Source: an uncultured Pelagibacteraceae bacterium
GTDB taxonomy: Bacteria; Pseudomonadota; Alphaproteobacteria; Pelagibacterales; Pelagibacteraceae
Direction of reading: 5' to 3'
Length of the DNA stretch: 64,000 nt
Assembly (NCBI GenBank): GCA_902587155.1
Contig: CACIKE010000004.1
Coordinates: forward strand, 5,444 to 69,443
Position 1 is the first letter of the stretch. Each line of letters opens with the position of its first letter. This document shows, piece by piece, positions 1 to 9,270 of the stretch. The position numbers and the translations under genes are program-made. Under the pieces are notes generated by a model. It ran no database searches. It was not told where the DNA came from and saw only the letters and a program-made list of their open reading frames with translations.

Positions 1-560
1 CATTTTTTTTCACTTGCTAATTGATCTTCAAAATGAACACCAGCAGCACCTGCTTTAATAAATTTTTTTGCAAGTTCAAATACATTCAAAGGTCCGCCAA
101 AACCGGCTTCTCCATCAGCAATGATAGGTAGCATATAATCAATTCTCTTCTCTTTTTTCATATCACCATCTTTTAATTCCATATGTTGAATCTGGTCAGC
201 TCTAATTAATGCGTTATTCATTGATTCTACTAATTTAGGAGCACTATCATAAGGATACAAAGATTGGTCAGGATACATTTCTCCAGCACTATTAGCATCA
301 GCTGCTACTTGCCAACCACTTAAATAAATTGCCTTCAAACCAGCTTTTGCATGTTGAACTGCATGATTACCTGACAAGGATCCTAAAGTATTAACATAAT
401 TTTCTGTGTTTAATAATTTCCAAAGCTTTGTTGATTGTTGTTTACAAATTGAATATTCGATTTTAATTGAGCCTCTTAGTCTTTCAACTTCTTCAGGAGT
501 ATAGTCTCTTTTAATTCCTGCAAATCTTTTTAAATCATAAGAAATCTTTTCTGCACTCAT
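1..560 (-). CDS. aceA: Isocitrate lyase, 5' part (runs off window start)
   Basis: Hand translation from ATG at 560: [31 protein letters not shown]...[14 protein letters not shown]...YPDQSLYP...[19 protein letters not shown]...[15 protein letters not shown], all ICL signature segments. Not in ORF track. Confidence 0.97.
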   Translation of the reverse strand, partial: MSAEKISYDLKRFAGIKRDYTPEEVERLRGSIKIEYSICKQQSTKLWKLLNTENYVNTLGSLSGNHAVQHAKAGLKAIYLSGWQVAADANSAGEMYPDQSLYPYDSAPKLVESMNNALIRADQIQHMELKDGDMKKEKRIDYMLPIIADGEAGFGGPLNVFELAKKFIKAGAAGVHFEDQLASEKK

Positions 561-614
561 TATTGGTCCTTGTAATGTTCAAGTAATTGAAAATGAATGT
601 TAAGAGTTTGAAAA

Positions 615-776
615 TTAGTTTGAGTCGTTAAGTGTCTCAACTAGATCTTTCATTCCACTTGAACCCCAATCACAATGATCATCTCTCATGTAGGTACCCC
701 TGCTATTATGTCTAGCAAGGTCTTCATGTCTTATGATTTGAGCCTCATTTTCGTTGTTTTTTAATTTTTCGTCCAT
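615..776 (-). CDS. Small ORF, 53 aa, upstream of aceA
   Basis: MDEKLKNNENEAQIIRHEDLARHNSRGTYMRDDHCDWGSSGMKDLVETLNDSN; lies between the operator array and aceA on the same strand. Confidence 0.6.
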   Translation of the reverse strand: MDEKLKNNENEAQIIRHEDLARHNSRGTYMRDDHCDWGSSGMKDLVETLNDSN

Positions 777-789
777 GTAAATTTTATAA

Positions 790-870
790 TTTACAAAATT
801 TACAAAATCTATTAAAAAGTATAAAACTGTTGTAAATTAGAGAAAAATCTTGTAAAAATAAATTTACAAA
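790..870. promoter_or_regulatory. Array of TTTACAAA/TTGTAAA boxes, candidate operator of the adjacent ScfR-family regulator
   Basis: TTTACAAA at 790, 799 and 863; reverse-orientation TTGTAAA at 830 and 850. Resembles the TTTGCAAA core bound by RamB/PccR/PrpR. Confidence 0.65.
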
Positions 871-887
871 ATTTACTAATAGAAAAT

Positions 888-2321
888 ATGAGTCAATTAA
901 ATCTAAAAATAGGACCAAAAATCAAGGCTTTTAGAAGACAGTTAGGGCTTCAAGCTAATAAATTGGCTGAGGATTTAAATATATCTCCTAGTTATCTAAA
1001 TCTTATTGAGGGTGGAAAAAGAAAAATAGATGGAGATTTACTCTTAAAAATTTGTGAAAAATTGAACATTGAACTTTCTCAATTAACCTCAAAATCAGAT
1101 ATCAATTTAGAAAATACTTTATCAGAAATACTCGATGATAAATTGTTTGAAGATTTAGATATTCTAGGTCCGGAAGTAAAAGATCTTGTTGGTACTAATC
1201 CAAAAATTGGCAGAGCCATCGTTAGACTAGGAGATATTTTAAAAAAAAAGGATCATGAAATGATTAATAAAATTGAAACAATATCTGGTAAAATTGTTGA
1301 TAATAGAAAGAATTCATTTCCTGGTGAAGTTATTTCAGACTTTTTACAAGAAAATAAAAACTATTTTCCAAGATTAGAAGATTTCGCAAATGATGTTTTT
1401 GAGAAGGTTCAAAAAAATAATAGGACAAGATATATAGCTCTTTGTGATTATTTAAAATCAGAATATGACATATCAGTAAAAGACGTTATTCCTGAAGAAA
1501 ATAAACCTTTCTCAAAGCTCTATAAAAAAAATAAAAAAGAACTACTATTAAGCGATTACAGCTCTTTAGAAACAAAAAAACTTCATGCAGCTGCTCAAAT
1601 AGCCCAAGAAGGTGCTGATAAAGAAATTGAAGAATATTTGTCAAAATTTACTTTTCCATCTGATGAGTCTAAAAAATTGACAAAAATTGCTTTATTAAAT
1701 TACTGCGGTGCTGCAATTTTAATGCCTTATAGACTTTTTCATACAGAATGTAAAAAACTTAAGTATGATTTAGAGTTACTACAAAATACTTTTGCTACAT
1801 CTTTTGAACAGGTAGCTCATAGGGTAACGTGTTTACAAGATCCAAAATTACCAGGGATACCTTTCCATTTTTTAAGAGTAGATATGGCTGGGAATATATC
1901 AAAAAGATTTTCCTTATCAGGAATAGAAATTCCAAGATATGGTGGTGCTTGTCCACGTTGGAACGTTTATTCAGCTTTGACAAGACCTGGTATTATTCAA
2001 GCTGCTGTTAGCAAAATGTCTAATGGTGAAAAGTATGTATGTATAGCTAGAACAGTTGAAAAAGGGATTGGAAGATTTGGACAATCAAAAAGTATTTTGT
2101 CTATTGGATTGGGATGTGAAGCAAAATATGCAAAAGAATTTATTTATTCAGAAAATTTAAACATTAATGATAAATCTACAGAAATACCAATAGGTGTGTC
2201 ATGTAGAACGTGTGATAGATTAGACTGTTCACAAAGAGCGTTCCCTCCATTACACAAGAAATTTGATGTTGATATTAATTCTAGAGGTGTTTCAGTATAT
2301 GTTGGAGACAAAAACACATAG
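888..2321 (+). CDS. XRE-family short-chain fatty acyl-CoA regulator (RamB/PrpR/PccR, ScfR type)
   Basis: N-terminal HTH (ISPSYLNLIEGGKR), SFEQVAHR, RVDMAGNISKR, GGACPRWNV, C-terminal PIGVSCRTCDRLDCSQRAFPP cysteine motif; divergent from aceA. Confidence 0.93.
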   Translation: MSQLNLKIGPKIKAFRRQLGLQANKLAEDLNISPSYLNLIEGGKRKIDGDLLLKICEKLNIELSQLTSKSDINLENTLSEILDDKLFEDLDILGPEVKDLVGTNPKIGRAIVRLGDILKKKDHEMINKIETISGKIVDNRKNSFPGEVISDFLQENKNYFPRLEDFANDVFEKVQKNNRTRYIALCDYLKSEYDISVKDVIPEENKPFSKLYKKNKKELLLSDYSSLETKKLHAAAQIAQEGADKEIEEYLSKFTFPSDESKKLTKIALLNYCGAAILMPYRLFHTECKKLKYDLELLQNTFATSFEQVAHRVTCLQDPKLPGIPFHFLRVDMAGNISKRFSLSGIEIPRYGGACPRWNVYSALTRPGIIQAAVSKMSNGEKYVCIARTVEKGIGRFGQSKSILSIGLGCEAKYAKEFIYSENLNINDKSTEIPIGVSCRTCDRLDCSQRAFPPLHKKFDVDINSRGVSVYVGDKNT

Positions 2322-2324
2322 TCG

Positions 2325-2489
2325 ATGATTAAATTTATCATACCTGTAATTATTGTTTTTTTGATAGTTCTTTTTTGGGAAAAAATAAATGAAATAATTT
2401 ATAAAAAATTTAATATAAAGATAAACTATATTGTTGCTATAATTTCAGTAACAATTTTAGGGGTGATTTTTGCTTTATTATATTTTTAA
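2325..2489 (+). CDS. Small membrane protein, 54 aa, two hydrophobic segments
   Basis: MIKFIIPVIIVFLIVLFWEKINEIIYKKFNIKINYIVAIISVTILGVIFALLYF; starts 3 nt after the regulator stop and fills the gap. Confidence 0.65.
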   Translation: MIKFIIPVIIVFLIVLFWEKINEIIYKKFNIKINYIVAIISVTILGVIFALLYF

Positions 2490-2513
2490 TTAAAATTAAT
2501 AAGAAATTAGAAA

Positions 2514-3143
2514 ATGAGAGAAATTTTAAAAAATGTAAGAAATAAACTCGCTGAGAAATATTTAGATAATGGTAGCCTTAAAACCTCAAAAAAATTTAAA
2601 CCTAGAATTAAAGCTAGAATCCGAAAAAACAAACAAATAATCAATAAAAATATAGATGACTTTTTTGGTTGGGTTAAAGGAGCAGAATTAGTTGAGCTTA
2701 AAGATTGTAATATATCTGAGGACCCAGTTAGACCAGAGTTAAGTGTGTCTTTTAGAAAAAGTTTTGGAAGGAAAATTTATGGCGTTAAATATAAAAAAGA
2801 AATTCATGCTGTGATGTGCTTTGCTTTTACAAATAAAGTGCCAAAAGATGTAGAGGAATTGGATAAATTTAGCCAAGATGCTCATTTACAAAGTACTCAC
2901 AGAGGTCAAAATGTTGGTCAGATTGCTATTGCCTACACAGTTTGGTCTAAAAAAAAAGGTGGTGGAAAACTGATTGTTAAAGAAGTTTATAAAAAAATAA
3001 AAGAATCTAACCACTTAAATAGATTAGTCACGCTCTCTCCTCTAACTGAAATGGCTACAAAATTTCATAGCAAAAATGGTGCGAAACTTTTACAAGTCAA
3101 TGAAACTACTCAAAATTTTGAGTATGAGATAATAAAAGAATAA
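2514..3143 (+). CDS. Hypothetical GNAT-fold protein with malonyl-CoA decarboxylase-like motifs
   Basis: IAIAYTVWS, GGGKLIVKEV, LVTLSP, ATKFHSKNGA and QNFEY in the same order as MCD motifs AIFYSIS, GNFLIKRV, TLSP, xxFHLxNGA and VNYxY. Confidence 0.55.
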   Translation: MREILKNVRNKLAEKYLDNGSLKTSKKFKPRIKARIRKNKQIINKNIDDFFGWVKGAELVELKDCNISEDPVRPELSVSFRKSFGRKIYGVKYKKEIHAVMCFAFTNKVPKDVEELDKFSQDAHLQSTHRGQNVGQIAIAYTVWSKKKGGGKLIVKEVYKKIKESNHLNRLVTLSPLTEMATKFHSKNGAKLLQVNETTQNFEYEIIKE

Positions 3144-3164
3144 AAAATTTTAAATTCATATAAA

Positions 3165-4235
3165 ATGAAAATATATATGATAAATTTTTTATATTTTCTA
3201 ATTTTAGTTTTAAGTTTAAACAATTTGACATTTGCTATGGAAAAAAAACCTTATCATCATCTTTCTGACGGCACTTTTAGGAATCCCGAAGGCTCACCAA
3301 AAAGAGATCCAAATATAAAATGGTCTTATAAAATTTTTAATCAAGAGAAAAAGAAGCTTGATATGACAATTTCTGAAGGTCACGTTTTAGAAAAAAATGA
3401 AGTATTGAGAAACTTAGAAAAATATAAAGATAGTGATTATATTGCTTGGATTGGTCATGCCACGTTTATTATTAAATTAGGAGATACTACTATTATTACT
3501 GATCCAGTTTTTTCGAAGAATGCAGGTCCACTAATATTTGGACCTAAAAGATTTACTGAACCAGCATTAAAATTAAGCGAGATACCCAACATAGATTTAT
3601 TTTTACTCACCCATAATCATTATGATCATCAAGACATGATGACAATAAGGAGATTTCCTTTTAAGGACTCCAAAGTTTTGGTTCCACTTAAACTAAGCAA
3701 ATATTTTAAAACGAATGGATATCGAGATATTAATGAGATGGATTGGTATGATGAAATTAATATTAATAAAAATTTAAAAGTTACTTTTCTTCCAGCTGTT
3801 CATTGGTCAAAAAGAAGTTTAACAGATACCAACAAAACTTTGTGGGGAAGTTTTTTAATTGAATATAATGGAAAAAAAATATTATTTGCCTGTGATACAG
3901 GATATGGAAATATTTATAAAGATTTAGGAAAAAAATATGGACCAATTGATTTAACCATAATCAACATTGGTGCATATAATTTTTATCCAATTATGCCTTA
4001 TAAAGATAAATCTATTTATCATACCAATCCAGAAGAGGCCCTTAAAATTGGAAGAGATTTGAAAAGTAAAAAGGTTCTGGGTATGCACTGGGGAACATTT
4101 GTATTATCTTTGGAGCCAATTATGGAGCCACCAGTAAGATTTAAAGATAATGCTGAAAATTATGGATTTAATAAAGAGGATGCACTTATCTTTAAGATTG
4201 GTCAAATTTCAAAAATATCAGATATTATCAACTAA
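3165..4235 (+). CDS. Exported MBL-fold metallo-hydrolase (NAPE-PLD/RomA-like)
   Basis: Signal peptide, WIGHATF, TDPVFS, THNHYDHQD, PAVHWSKR, DTGY, MHWGTF. Confidence 0.88.
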   Translation: MKIYMINFLYFLILVLSLNNLTFAMEKKPYHHLSDGTFRNPEGSPKRDPNIKWSYKIFNQEKKKLDMTISEGHVLEKNEVLRNLEKYKDSDYIAWIGHATFIIKLGDTTIITDPVFSKNAGPLIFGPKRFTEPALKLSEIPNIDLFLLTHNHYDHQDMMTIRRFPFKDSKVLVPLKLSKYFKTNGYRDINEMDWYDEININKNLKVTFLPAVHWSKRSLTDTNKTLWGSFLIEYNGKKILFACDTGYGNIYKDLGKKYGPIDLTIINIGAYNFYPIMPYKDKSIYHTNPEEALKIGRDLKSKKVLGMHWGTFVLSLEPIMEPPVRFKDNAENYGFNKEDALIFKIGQISKISDIIN

Positions 4236-4241
4236 AAATTT

Positions 4242-5405
4242 ATGGAAAAATTTAATTGGAATTATCCTACTTCAATGTGGGTGGGTGAAAATAGAATCAA
4301 AGATTTAAGCATAGCTTGTAAAAATTTAAATATAAAAAAACCTTTATTGGTAACTGACAAAGGACTTGCACAATCAACTATTGTTAAAGATGCTTTGTCA
4401 AATTTAAAAAGTAATAATTTACCTACTGAAATATTTTATGATGTGATTGGCAATCCAACAGGTAAAAATGTAAGTGACGGAGTAAAACATTATAATGAAA
4501 AAAATTGTGATGGTGTAATTGCTTTTGGTGGCGGAAGTGGTCTTGATGTAGGAAAAGCAATTGCATTCATGATAGGTCAAACTTTATCATTATGGGACTT
4601 TGAGGATGTTGGTGATAATTGGACTAAAGCTGACTCAAATAAGGTTGCTCCTATTATAGCAGTACCCACCACAGCTGGAACAGGTTCTGAAACGGGGAGA
4701 GCATCTGTTATTTTGAATGAAGAGCTAGGAGTTAAAAAAATAATATTTCATCCAAAATTTTTACCATCCATAGTTATTTTAGACCCAGTTTTGACAAAAG
4801 ATTTACCTAAAAAAATGACAGCCGCAACAGGCATGGATGCGTTGGCTCATAATTTAGAGGCATTTTGCGCTCCAGGTTATCATCCAATGGCTGATGGAAT
4901 AGCTTTAGAAGGTATGAAATTAATTTCTAAATGGTTACCAGAGGCATATAAAAATGGATCTAACCTTGAAGCCAGAATGAACATGCTAACGGCTGCAAGT
5001 ATGGGCTCTACTGCATTTCAAAAAGGCTTAGGCGCAATTCACTCCTTAAGCCATCCAGTAAATGCTCTAAACAACCTTCATCATGGTCTTTCAAACGCAA
5101 TTTTCATGCCGTATGTTTTAACTTTCAACAGAGATGTGATTGAGAGTAAAGTTGCAAAGATCTCAGAATATCTTGAATTAAAAGAAAAATCTTTTGACGG
5201 TTTTTTAAAATGGATTTTAGATTTAAGAGAAAAATTTGAAATTCCACATAAATTATCAAGTGTCATAAATGAAAAAGATTTACAAATTGATCGTTTATCA
5301 AAAATGGCTTTAGAGGATCCATCAACGAACGGTAATCCAAAAAAATTGAGCATTGAAGACATGAAAATAATGTATCAACACAGCATGTCTGGTAATTTGT
5401 TTTAA
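4242..5405 (+). CDS. Iron-containing alcohol dehydrogenase
   Basis: GGGSGLD, PTTAGTGSE, GMDALAH, GAIHSLSH, HHGLSN metal ligands. Confidence 0.92.
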   Translation: MEKFNWNYPTSMWVGENRIKDLSIACKNLNIKKPLLVTDKGLAQSTIVKDALSNLKSNNLPTEIFYDVIGNPTGKNVSDGVKHYNEKNCDGVIAFGGGSGLDVGKAIAFMIGQTLSLWDFEDVGDNWTKADSNKVAPIIAVPTTAGTGSETGRASVILNEELGVKKIIFHPKFLPSIVILDPVLTKDLPKKMTAATGMDALAHNLEAFCAPGYHPMADGIALEGMKLISKWLPEAYKNGSNLEARMNMLTAASMGSTAFQKGLGAIHSLSHPVNALNNLHHGLSNAIFMPYVLTFNRDVIESKVAKISEYLELKEKSFDGFLKWILDLREKFEIPHKLSSVINEKDLQIDRLSKMALEDPSTNGNPKKLSIEDMKIMYQHSMSGNLF

Positions 5406-6194
5406 ATGAAAAATCTTAATATTTTAATAGTTGAAGGAAATTTAAAAGAGGAAAATCAAAATTTTTTAAAAGTAGGTATTCAAACACATACTGAGAGTTT
5501 AAAAGATAGTCTTAATGTATTTAATAATAATTATCATTTTGATGTTATTAATCCATCCTCAGATCAAAATTTAGATGAAGTTAAAAATAAACTTCCAAAA
5601 TATGATGGATTAATTTGGGGTGGAAGTAGTTTGAACATCTATAACAATACACCAGAGATAAAAAGACAAATTGAATTTATGAGAGAATGCCAAAAACAAG
5701 TTAAAAATATTTTAGCGATTTGTTGGGGAATGCAAGTTGCAGTTACTGCTGCTGGAGGAGAGGTAAAAAAAGCAGAAAAATCTCATATAGGAATAGCAAA
5801 TGAGATTATAATTAATAATGAAGGATTAAATAATTCTATTTATAAGAATAAGAATAATAATTTTAATTCTCCAGCGTTTAATTTTGACGAGGTAGTAAAA
5901 TTACCAACAAACGGAATTTGTTTAGCATCAAATAAAATTAATAAAGTACAAAGTTCATATTTCACAGTTGGAAAATCGAAAATTTATGGTTTACAATATC
6001 ATCCTGAAATTACTTATGAGAAAATGATAAGTTTAATTGAATTTAGGAAGGACAGATTAATTCAAACAAGAAAAGTATTTAGAGATGAGGAAGAAATTAA
6101 AAATCATATATTATTTATAAAAAAAGAAATTGCTGTGTCAAATAAGTCTCAAAGAATGATTGAGTTAAAAAATTGGATGGATAGTATAAATTGA
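5406..6194 (+). CDS. Class I glutamine amidotransferase-like protein
   Basis: AICWGMQ nucleophile elbow and GLQYHPE. Confidence 0.85.
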   Translation: MKNLNILIVEGNLKEENQNFLKVGIQTHTESLKDSLNVFNNNYHFDVINPSSDQNLDEVKNKLPKYDGLIWGGSSLNIYNNTPEIKRQIEFMRECQKQVKNILAICWGMQVAVTAAGGEVKKAEKSHIGIANEIIINNEGLNNSIYKNKNNNFNSPAFNFDEVVKLPTNGICLASNKINKVQSSYFTVGKSKIYGLQYHPEITYEKMISLIEFRKDRLIQTRKVFRDEEEIKNHILFIKKEIAVSNKSQRMIELKNWMDSIN

Positions 6195-6201
6195 ATAAAA
6201 A

Positions 6202-7314
6202 ATGCTAAGTTATATTTTACCTTTTATTATTCTAATTTTAGTTGTCGTCTTTATACATGAATATGGTCATTATTACTTTGCTAAAAAATTTGGAGTGGGT
6301 GTCACTGATTTCTCTATAGGATTTGGTAAGGAAATTTTTGGTTGGAATGATAAATCTGGGACAAGGTGGAAAATATGCTGGATACCTCTAGGAGGATACG
6401 TAAAATTTTTCGGAGATAGAAATGTATATTCTCAAGCGGATCATAAAGAAATTTTAGAAAAATATAGTGAAGAGGACCAAAAAAAATTATTTACTCTTAA
6501 ACCCCTGTATCAAAGAAGTTTAATTGTTTTTGGTGGTCCTTTAGCAAACTTTTTATTAGCTTTAGTAATTTTCTTTTCAATTTATACTTTTGTTGGTAAA
6601 GATTTTACACCAGCCGTCATCAATGAAGTTCAGAAAGATAGCCCTGCAATGGCTGGAGGATTAAAACAAAATGACGTAATTTTAGAAATAGATGGCAACA
6701 AAGTTGAAAGTATTATGGATGTCTCTAAATTTATTACTATGTCCACTGACGAAATTATAGATTTTAAAGTGAAACGTTCTTATGATGAGCTAATTTTAAA
6801 GATAAAACCTAATATTGTTCCAGGTGAAGATAATTTAGGAAACAAACTTAACAAAAGAATAGTTGGTATAAAATTAGGTGCTTATAATAATGAGATTAAT
6901 CATGTTAAATTGGGACCTGCAAAAGCCATATACCATGCTGCTCATGAAGTATATTTTGTAGGAATTTCCTCCTTAAAATATATTGGTGCAATGATTTTTG
7001 GTAAAGCTGATACCTCTCAGCTTGGAGGGCCAATAAGAATAGCTAAAATTTCAGGACAGGTTGCAGAATTTGGTGTTTTGGCATTTATCAGTATGATGGC
7101 ATATATTTCAATAAGTCTTGGTTTAGTTAATTTGTTCCCAATTCCAATGCTTGATGGGGGACATTTAATGTTTTATGCATTTGAAAAAGTTTTAGGTCGT
7201 CCGTTATCTCAAAAAACGCAAGAAGGCTTTTTTCGAATCGGAATATTTTTATTAATATCTTTGATGTTTTTTACAACTTTTAACGACCTTAAAGACTTAG
7301 GATTGTTCAATTAA
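6202..7314 (+). CDS. rseP: RIP metalloprotease RseP
   Basis: HEYGH, FSIGFG, IPLGGYVK, PDZ domain, NLFPIPMLDGG. Confidence 0.95.
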   Translation: MLSYILPFIILILVVVFIHEYGHYYFAKKFGVGVTDFSIGFGKEIFGWNDKSGTRWKICWIPLGGYVKFFGDRNVYSQADHKEILEKYSEEDQKKLFTLKPLYQRSLIVFGGPLANFLLALVIFFSIYTFVGKDFTPAVINEVQKDSPAMAGGLKQNDVILEIDGNKVESIMDVSKFITMSTDEIIDFKVKRSYDELILKIKPNIVPGEDNLGNKLNKRIVGIKLGAYNNEINHVKLGPAKAIYHAAHEVYFVGISSLKYIGAMIFGKADTSQLGGPIRIAKISGQVAEFGVLAFISMMAYISISLGLVNLFPIPMLDGGHLMFYAFEKVLGRPLSQKTQEGFFRIGIFLLISLMFFTTFNDLKDLGLFN

Positions 7315-7365
7315 TAATATTAAAAAAGTTTAAAAAACTCAATAAAATCAACATTTTTTTAATTT

Positions 7366-7412
7366 ACACAACATATTGTGTATAACTTTTCTCAATATAC
7401 TAAAAAAAGTCT
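7366..7412. promoter_or_regulatory. NrdR-box-like palindrome upstream of HU gene, with a degenerate second copy 31 bp downstream
   Basis: ACACAACATATTGTGT (7366-7381) fits acaCwAtATaTwGtgt; ATACTAAAAAAAGTCT at 7397-7412 is a weak match. Confidence 0.5.
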
Positions 7413-7468
7413 TGATTTATCAATACTTTTGACAACAATGAAAATAACCTAATAAAACCGGAGCTAAA

Positions 7469-7744
7469 ATGAATAAAAAACAACTAGTTGTCAAAATTTC
7501 TGGGGCATTAAATTTAAGTAAAGCTGATGCTGAGAGAACTTTTGATACAATTACCAACACAATTTTAGATGCTTTAAAAGCTGACGATTCAGTAAAAATT
7601 GCTGGTTTTGGTACTTATAAAGTGGCTAAGAGAAAAGCTAGAGTTGGAAGAAACCCAAGAACTGGAGAACAGATCCAAATTGCTGCGTCTCAAAAAGTTA
7701 AGTTTTTACCAGCAAAAGCTTTAAAAGAAGTATTCAATAAATAA
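7469..7744 (+). CDS. hup: HU DNA-binding protein
   Basis: MNKKQLV..., IAGFGTY, RVGRNPRTGEQIQI; GGAG RBS. Confidence 0.95.
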   Translation: MNKKQLVVKISGALNLSKADAERTFDTITNTILDALKADDSVKIAGFGTYKVAKRKARVGRNPRTGEQIQIAASQKVKFLPAKALKEVFNK

Positions 7745-7753
7745 TGTCTTTTT

Positions 7754-7790
7754 ACAGCCTTAACGAAATTCTCGTTAAGGCTGTTTCTAT
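7754..7790 (+). terminator. Intrinsic terminator after HU gene
   Basis: 12-bp stem ACAGCCTTAACG/CGTTAAGGCTGT with short T tail. Confidence 0.75.
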
Positions 7791-7879
7791 ATGCAAATGC
7801 TGCATACCCAATTTTCGTAATCAGCGTTAGTTATTAGCGTTTAATTAAATAAAAGAACTCCTTTTAACAGGGAGGTCGT

Positions 7880-9181
7880 ATGACTAAATTAATAAAAGTA
7901 ATAAGTGCGCCACTTATTAGTTTAATTTTTTTATTAAACATGAGTAGTGCTGGTATGGCAGATACAACTGTTTCTGCTGAAGTAGGGTTTATATTTAACA
8001 CCCTATTATTCTTAATTTGTGGATTCCTAGTAATGTTTATGGCTGCAGGATTTGCAATGTTAGAGTCAGGTATGGTTACATCAAAAAGTGTATCCGTAAT
8101 CTGTGCAAAAAATATAGGTTTATTTTCAATTGCAGGAATTATGTTCTGGTTGGTAGGTTATAATTTGGCCTACGGGATACCAGAAGGTGGTTACATTGGT
8201 AAATTTATTCCTTGGTCGGACGCTAGTGCAGTTGATACTGGTTATTCAGATGGATCAGATTGGTATTTCCAAATGGTCTTTTGTGCAACTACTGTTTCAA
8301 TAGTTTCTGGTACAATGGCAGAGAGGATTAAATTGTGGCCGTTCTTCGTATTTGCTGCAATTCTTTCAGGAATTATTTATCCAATCGTAATGGGTTGGCA
8401 GTGGGGTGGAGGCTGGTTAGCAGAAGCAGGCTTTTCTGATTTTGCAGGTTCAACTTTAGTACACTCAACTGGTGGGGCAGCAGCTTTAGCTGGTGCTATG
8501 ATCATTGGTCCTAGACTTGGAAGATTTACTAAGTCTGGTGCTCCAGCACCACTTAAGCCGTTTGCAGCTTCATCGATTCCATTAGTAACAATTGGTGTAT
8601 TCATTTTATGGTTAGGTTGGTTTGGTTTTAATGGTGGTTCGCAATTAGCTATGGGAACTGCTGTTGATGCAATCGCTGTGTCAACAATTTTCATGAATAC
8701 ATTCTTAGCAGGTGCAGGTGGTGTAATAGGTGCCGCTATAATCACTAGATTACATTTTGGTAAAACGGATGTAGTTCAAATGTTAAATGGATGTATTGGT
8801 GGATTGGTAGCAGTAACAGCTGAACCGTTAGCTCCATCACCTTTCGCAGCAATCCTAATTGGTGCTGTAGGTGGTTTAATCGTAGTTTATGGTACAAAAC
8901 TACTATTCTCATTGAAAATTGATGATGTAGTAGGTGCGATACCAGCACACTTGTTTGCAGGGATTTGGGGAACTTTGATTGTTCCAGCTACAAATTCAGA
9001 TGCAGCCTTCAGTTCACAATTAATTGGTGTTTTATCAGTTAACATATTTGTATTTGTAGTCGCTTACATTGCGTTTAGCGCTATCAAAGCAACTATTGGC
9101 CTAAGGTTAAGTAAAGAAGGTGAGACCAAAGGTACTGATGTAACTGAAACTGGTGTAATTGCATATGCAATACGTGACTAG
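7880..9181 (+). CDS. amtB: Ammonium transporter
   Basis: GFAMLESG, FQMVF, SGTMAER, DFAGSTLVH, WLGWFGFNGGS, IDDVVGAIPAH; strong GGAGG RBS. Confidence 0.96.
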   Translation: MTKLIKVISAPLISLIFLLNMSSAGMADTTVSAEVGFIFNTLLFLICGFLVMFMAAGFAMLESGMVTSKSVSVICAKNIGLFSIAGIMFWLVGYNLAYGIPEGGYIGKFIPWSDASAVDTGYSDGSDWYFQMVFCATTVSIVSGTMAERIKLWPFFVFAAILSGIIYPIVMGWQWGGGWLAEAGFSDFAGSTLVHSTGGAAALAGAMIIGPRLGRFTKSGAPAPLKPFAASSIPLVTIGVFILWLGWFGFNGGSQLAMGTAVDAIAVSTIFMNTFLAGAGGVIGAAIITRLHFGKTDVVQMLNGCIGGLVAVTAEPLAPSPFAAILIGAVGGLIVVYGTKLLFSLKIDDVVGAIPAHLFAGIWGTLIVPATNSDAAFSSQLIGVLSVNIFVFVVAYIAFSAIKATIGLRLSKEGETKGTDVTETGVIAYAIRD

Positions 9182-9193
9182 TTGTTAACAACA

Positions 9194-9248
9194 TAGGGAT
9201 CCTTCGCTCTCTGTATATTCTCAGCGAATACTCATAGAAGGATCCCTA
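9194..9248. other. GC-rich long hairpin in amtB 3' region (candidate structured RNA)
   Basis: TAGGGATCCTTC (9194-9205) pairs perfectly with GAAGGATCCCTA (9237-9248); inner TATTC/GAATA stem. Confidence 0.45.
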
Positions 9249-9270
9249 ACTTTCTCTTAGTTAGTTAAAT

